Source: Schizochytrium sp. TIO01 (taxonomy: Eukaryota > Protista > Bigyra: Labyrinthulomycetes). From it: DNA of 64,000 nt. The notes below the pieces were generated by a model. It ran no database searches. It was not told the DNA's origin and worked only from the letters and a program-made list of their open reading frames with translations. Location of the stretch: contig SMSO01000031.1 in the NCBI GenBank assembly GCA_004764695.1, positions 8,228,761-8,292,760 of the forward strand, read 5' to 3'. The first letter of the stretch is position 1, and each line of letters starts with the position of its first letter. This document shows positions 62,281 to 64,000 of the stretch, piece by piece. Position numbers and translations under genes: made by a program.

Positions 62281-64000
62281 TTAGGCCGAGGTCGTGTTGA
62301 AGTCGATGAAGGAGTTATCGCACTCAAAAACAATAGTCTTCCACTCGTATGGACCGATCTCGACCTCAAAGTAGCGGCCGTCATCGGTACGAAGGCGCAC
62401 ATTTTGGGTGCCAATGTCCCCGGTAATCAAAGGAAGAGCAAACTCCTGACGACGGTCATTAGCAACAATTACAATGCAGCGGTCATCCTCGGTACGGAAG
62501 CCAACGGTCTCGATGTTGCTGGAGAGCAGGGTGGAGGCGTCAACAATGTTAGAGCGAACAGCACCAGGTGGAATAAATGCTGAATAATGGGCAAGAGCGT
62601 AGTACATCGGATTTTTGTAAAAGACATCGTTGTCGGTGTCCACGAGAATGGGGGCATCCACAAAGTTGAAGGCGTGGTTTGGGCCACCCTGAAGATCAAG
62701 CACCAAGTTCCAGTCGGTCCAGCCGGAAGCACCGTTAATGGTCTGGTAGAGGATGTCGCGGAGGTAGGAAAACCCACGTTCCCATGAACCAGGGTTAGCT
62801 TTGTTATCAAATGCGCCTGAGCATGCCTCCGTGGCAAGAAGGAATTTGCGGCCATTACGGTTGGTCATTTCATACTTGTGGGCAATGTCCTTCACGGCGG
62901 CAGCGCCTCCCGTAGCAATGCTTGAGGGAGAAGTCAGGTCACGAGGAGAAATGACAATGCTATCTTCGATGGTTGCCTCAAAAGAAGAGTACCAATGGAT
63001 TCCGAGACCATCGATGTAGTCAGAAGCATCAGCCAAGGCAGCATAGGCCTCGAGTTCTTCGTACTGGTCATCACCATTCATGATCTTAAGATCTGGGAAA
63101 GCTTTACGCATCGCGGGGCCAAGGTAAAGATTGGTAAAGTTGGCCAAATCACCGGGAGTGTAGAGGGTGTTCTCCCAAGTGGGCTGGTTAAGGGGCTCAT
63201 TCTGCGCAGTGATGCCCCAGAGCTGGGCACCAGCCTTGGCATAGGCTGAGACGAAGTTAACAAAGTAGTTGGCGTAACCTTCACGAGCTGACGCATTCGG
63301 GGAGAGGCTTCCAGATTGGTGAGTATACTGCGGATAGTCATTCGATCCACAGGTCCATGCGCCTTCCGCAGATGTGCATGATTTCCAAAAAGGAGGTGCA
63401 GACCAAGGAGAACCAAAGACATTCAGTTTGGACCAAGCACTGGTGTTAGCAGTCACGGTATCCTCAATTTCTTGCATTGCATCAAGGATCATTTCGAGTT
63501 TGTAGTCTTCACCCGCAATGCCACGGTCGTCCCTCAGCTTAAATTCGCTATCCTCACTTTCCATCAAGGAATAAGAGTAACGAGAAAAGTCTGAACTCCC
63601 AATTGGGACGCGGCCAACCGTATAGCGGGCACCATCGGTGCGCGAAAAGTAAGCCGAGATGACATTGTCACGGGTTTCGTTGGAAACGAGGCTAAGCACG
63701 TACGCAGCAGCATCCGTGAAGGCACCACCAAACCCAATCATTTGCTGTGCCGCAAACGTCTCGACTTCTAGTGCAAGCGTGAGGTCGAGATCGCTGCTAT
63801 TTTGGGCCTGCAAAGTTGAGGGCTCAAGGCGCAAACCGCTCTTGCTACTAGTATAGATAACAGCCGTATCTTCGTTCACCTGATCGAGGGCGTCGAGTGC
63901 GAGGCCGTCACAAGAGCTCGCTGTGCACTTGCACGACATTCCCCAAGTGAAATTATGCATGTCACATGCTGCAGTAACTTGGTTTAGGCAGAGAGCCACT
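62281..64000 (-). CDS. Glycoside hydrolase family 30 glucosylceramidase-like; 5' end beyond the window
   Basis: CKCTASSCD, QQMIGFGGAFTDAA, GRVPIGSSDFS, SPWSAP, acid/base QNEP, GIHWY, nucleophile ATEAC, WTDWNLVLD..GGPN, PMYYALAHYS. The frame is open to the window edge. Confidence 0.93.
   Translation of the reverse strand, partial: VALCLNQVTAACDMHNFTWGMSCKCTASSCDGLALDALDQVNEDTAVIYTSSKSGLRLEPSTLQAQNSSDLDLTLALEVETFAAQQMIGFGGAFTDAAAYVLSLVSNETRDNVISAYFSRTDGARYTVGRVPIGSSDFSRYSYSLMESEDSEFKLRDDRGIAGEDYKLEMILDAMQEIEDTVTANTSAWSKLNVFGSPWSAPPFWKSCTSAEGAWTCGSNDYPQYTHQSGSLSPNASAREGYANYFVNFVSAYAKAGAQLWGITAQNEPLNQPTWENTLYTPGDLANFTNLYLGPAMRKAFPDLKIMNGDDQYEELEAYAALADASDYIDGLGIHWYSSFEATIEDSIVISPRDLTSPSSIATGGAAAVKDIAHKYEMTNRNGRKFLLATEACSGAFDNKANPGSWERGFSYLRDILYQTINGASGWTDWNLVLDLQGGPNHAFNFVDAPILVDTDNDVFYKNPMYYALAHYSAFIPPGAVRSNIVDASTLLSSNIETVGFRTEDDRCIVIVANDRRQEFALPLITGDIGTQNVRLRTDDGRYFEVEIGPYEWKTIVFECDNSFIDFNTTSA

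Overview
Eukaryotic, not prokaryotic, DNA: GT-AG introns, abundant tri/tetranucleotide microsatellites, and no operons, CRISPR, rRNA or tRNA seen. Gene content and composition suggest a heterotrophic stramenopile such as a thraustochytrid (inference only). Left block (4-27 kb): a Rab8/Sec4-like GTPase with a ~755-aa disordered N-terminus, an LRGUK/LRRC23-like LRR protein, a Cys-rich multipass receptor-like protein, a TIR-domain relic missed by the ORF track, a four-domain fusion of two Apd1/Aim32-type [2Fe-2S] ferredoxins and two UMP-CMP kinases with a putative tail anchor, a mitochondrial-type MetAP1 and DNA polymerase eta. The last two are each split by a 1-nt indel in a simple repeat, probably assembly errors. 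Middle (26.7-50.3 kb): a ~23.6 kb region with no recognisable gene, made of alternating AT-rich blocks and SSR-studded GC-richer segments. Right block: a TKL-like pseudokinase with a Tudor-like tail, an EgtC/Dug3-like Ntn-hydrolase whose catalytic Cys follows a signal-peptide-like segment, a 9-exon LRR gene with seven exact 84-nt one-repeat exons, and a GH30 glucosylceramidase cut by the window end. Several spacers hold decayed coding relics. The best novelty candidates are the Fe-S/NMP-kinase fusion, the apparently secreted Ntn-hydrolase and the modular LRR-exon gene. All family calls come from reading motifs by eye; no database search was run.
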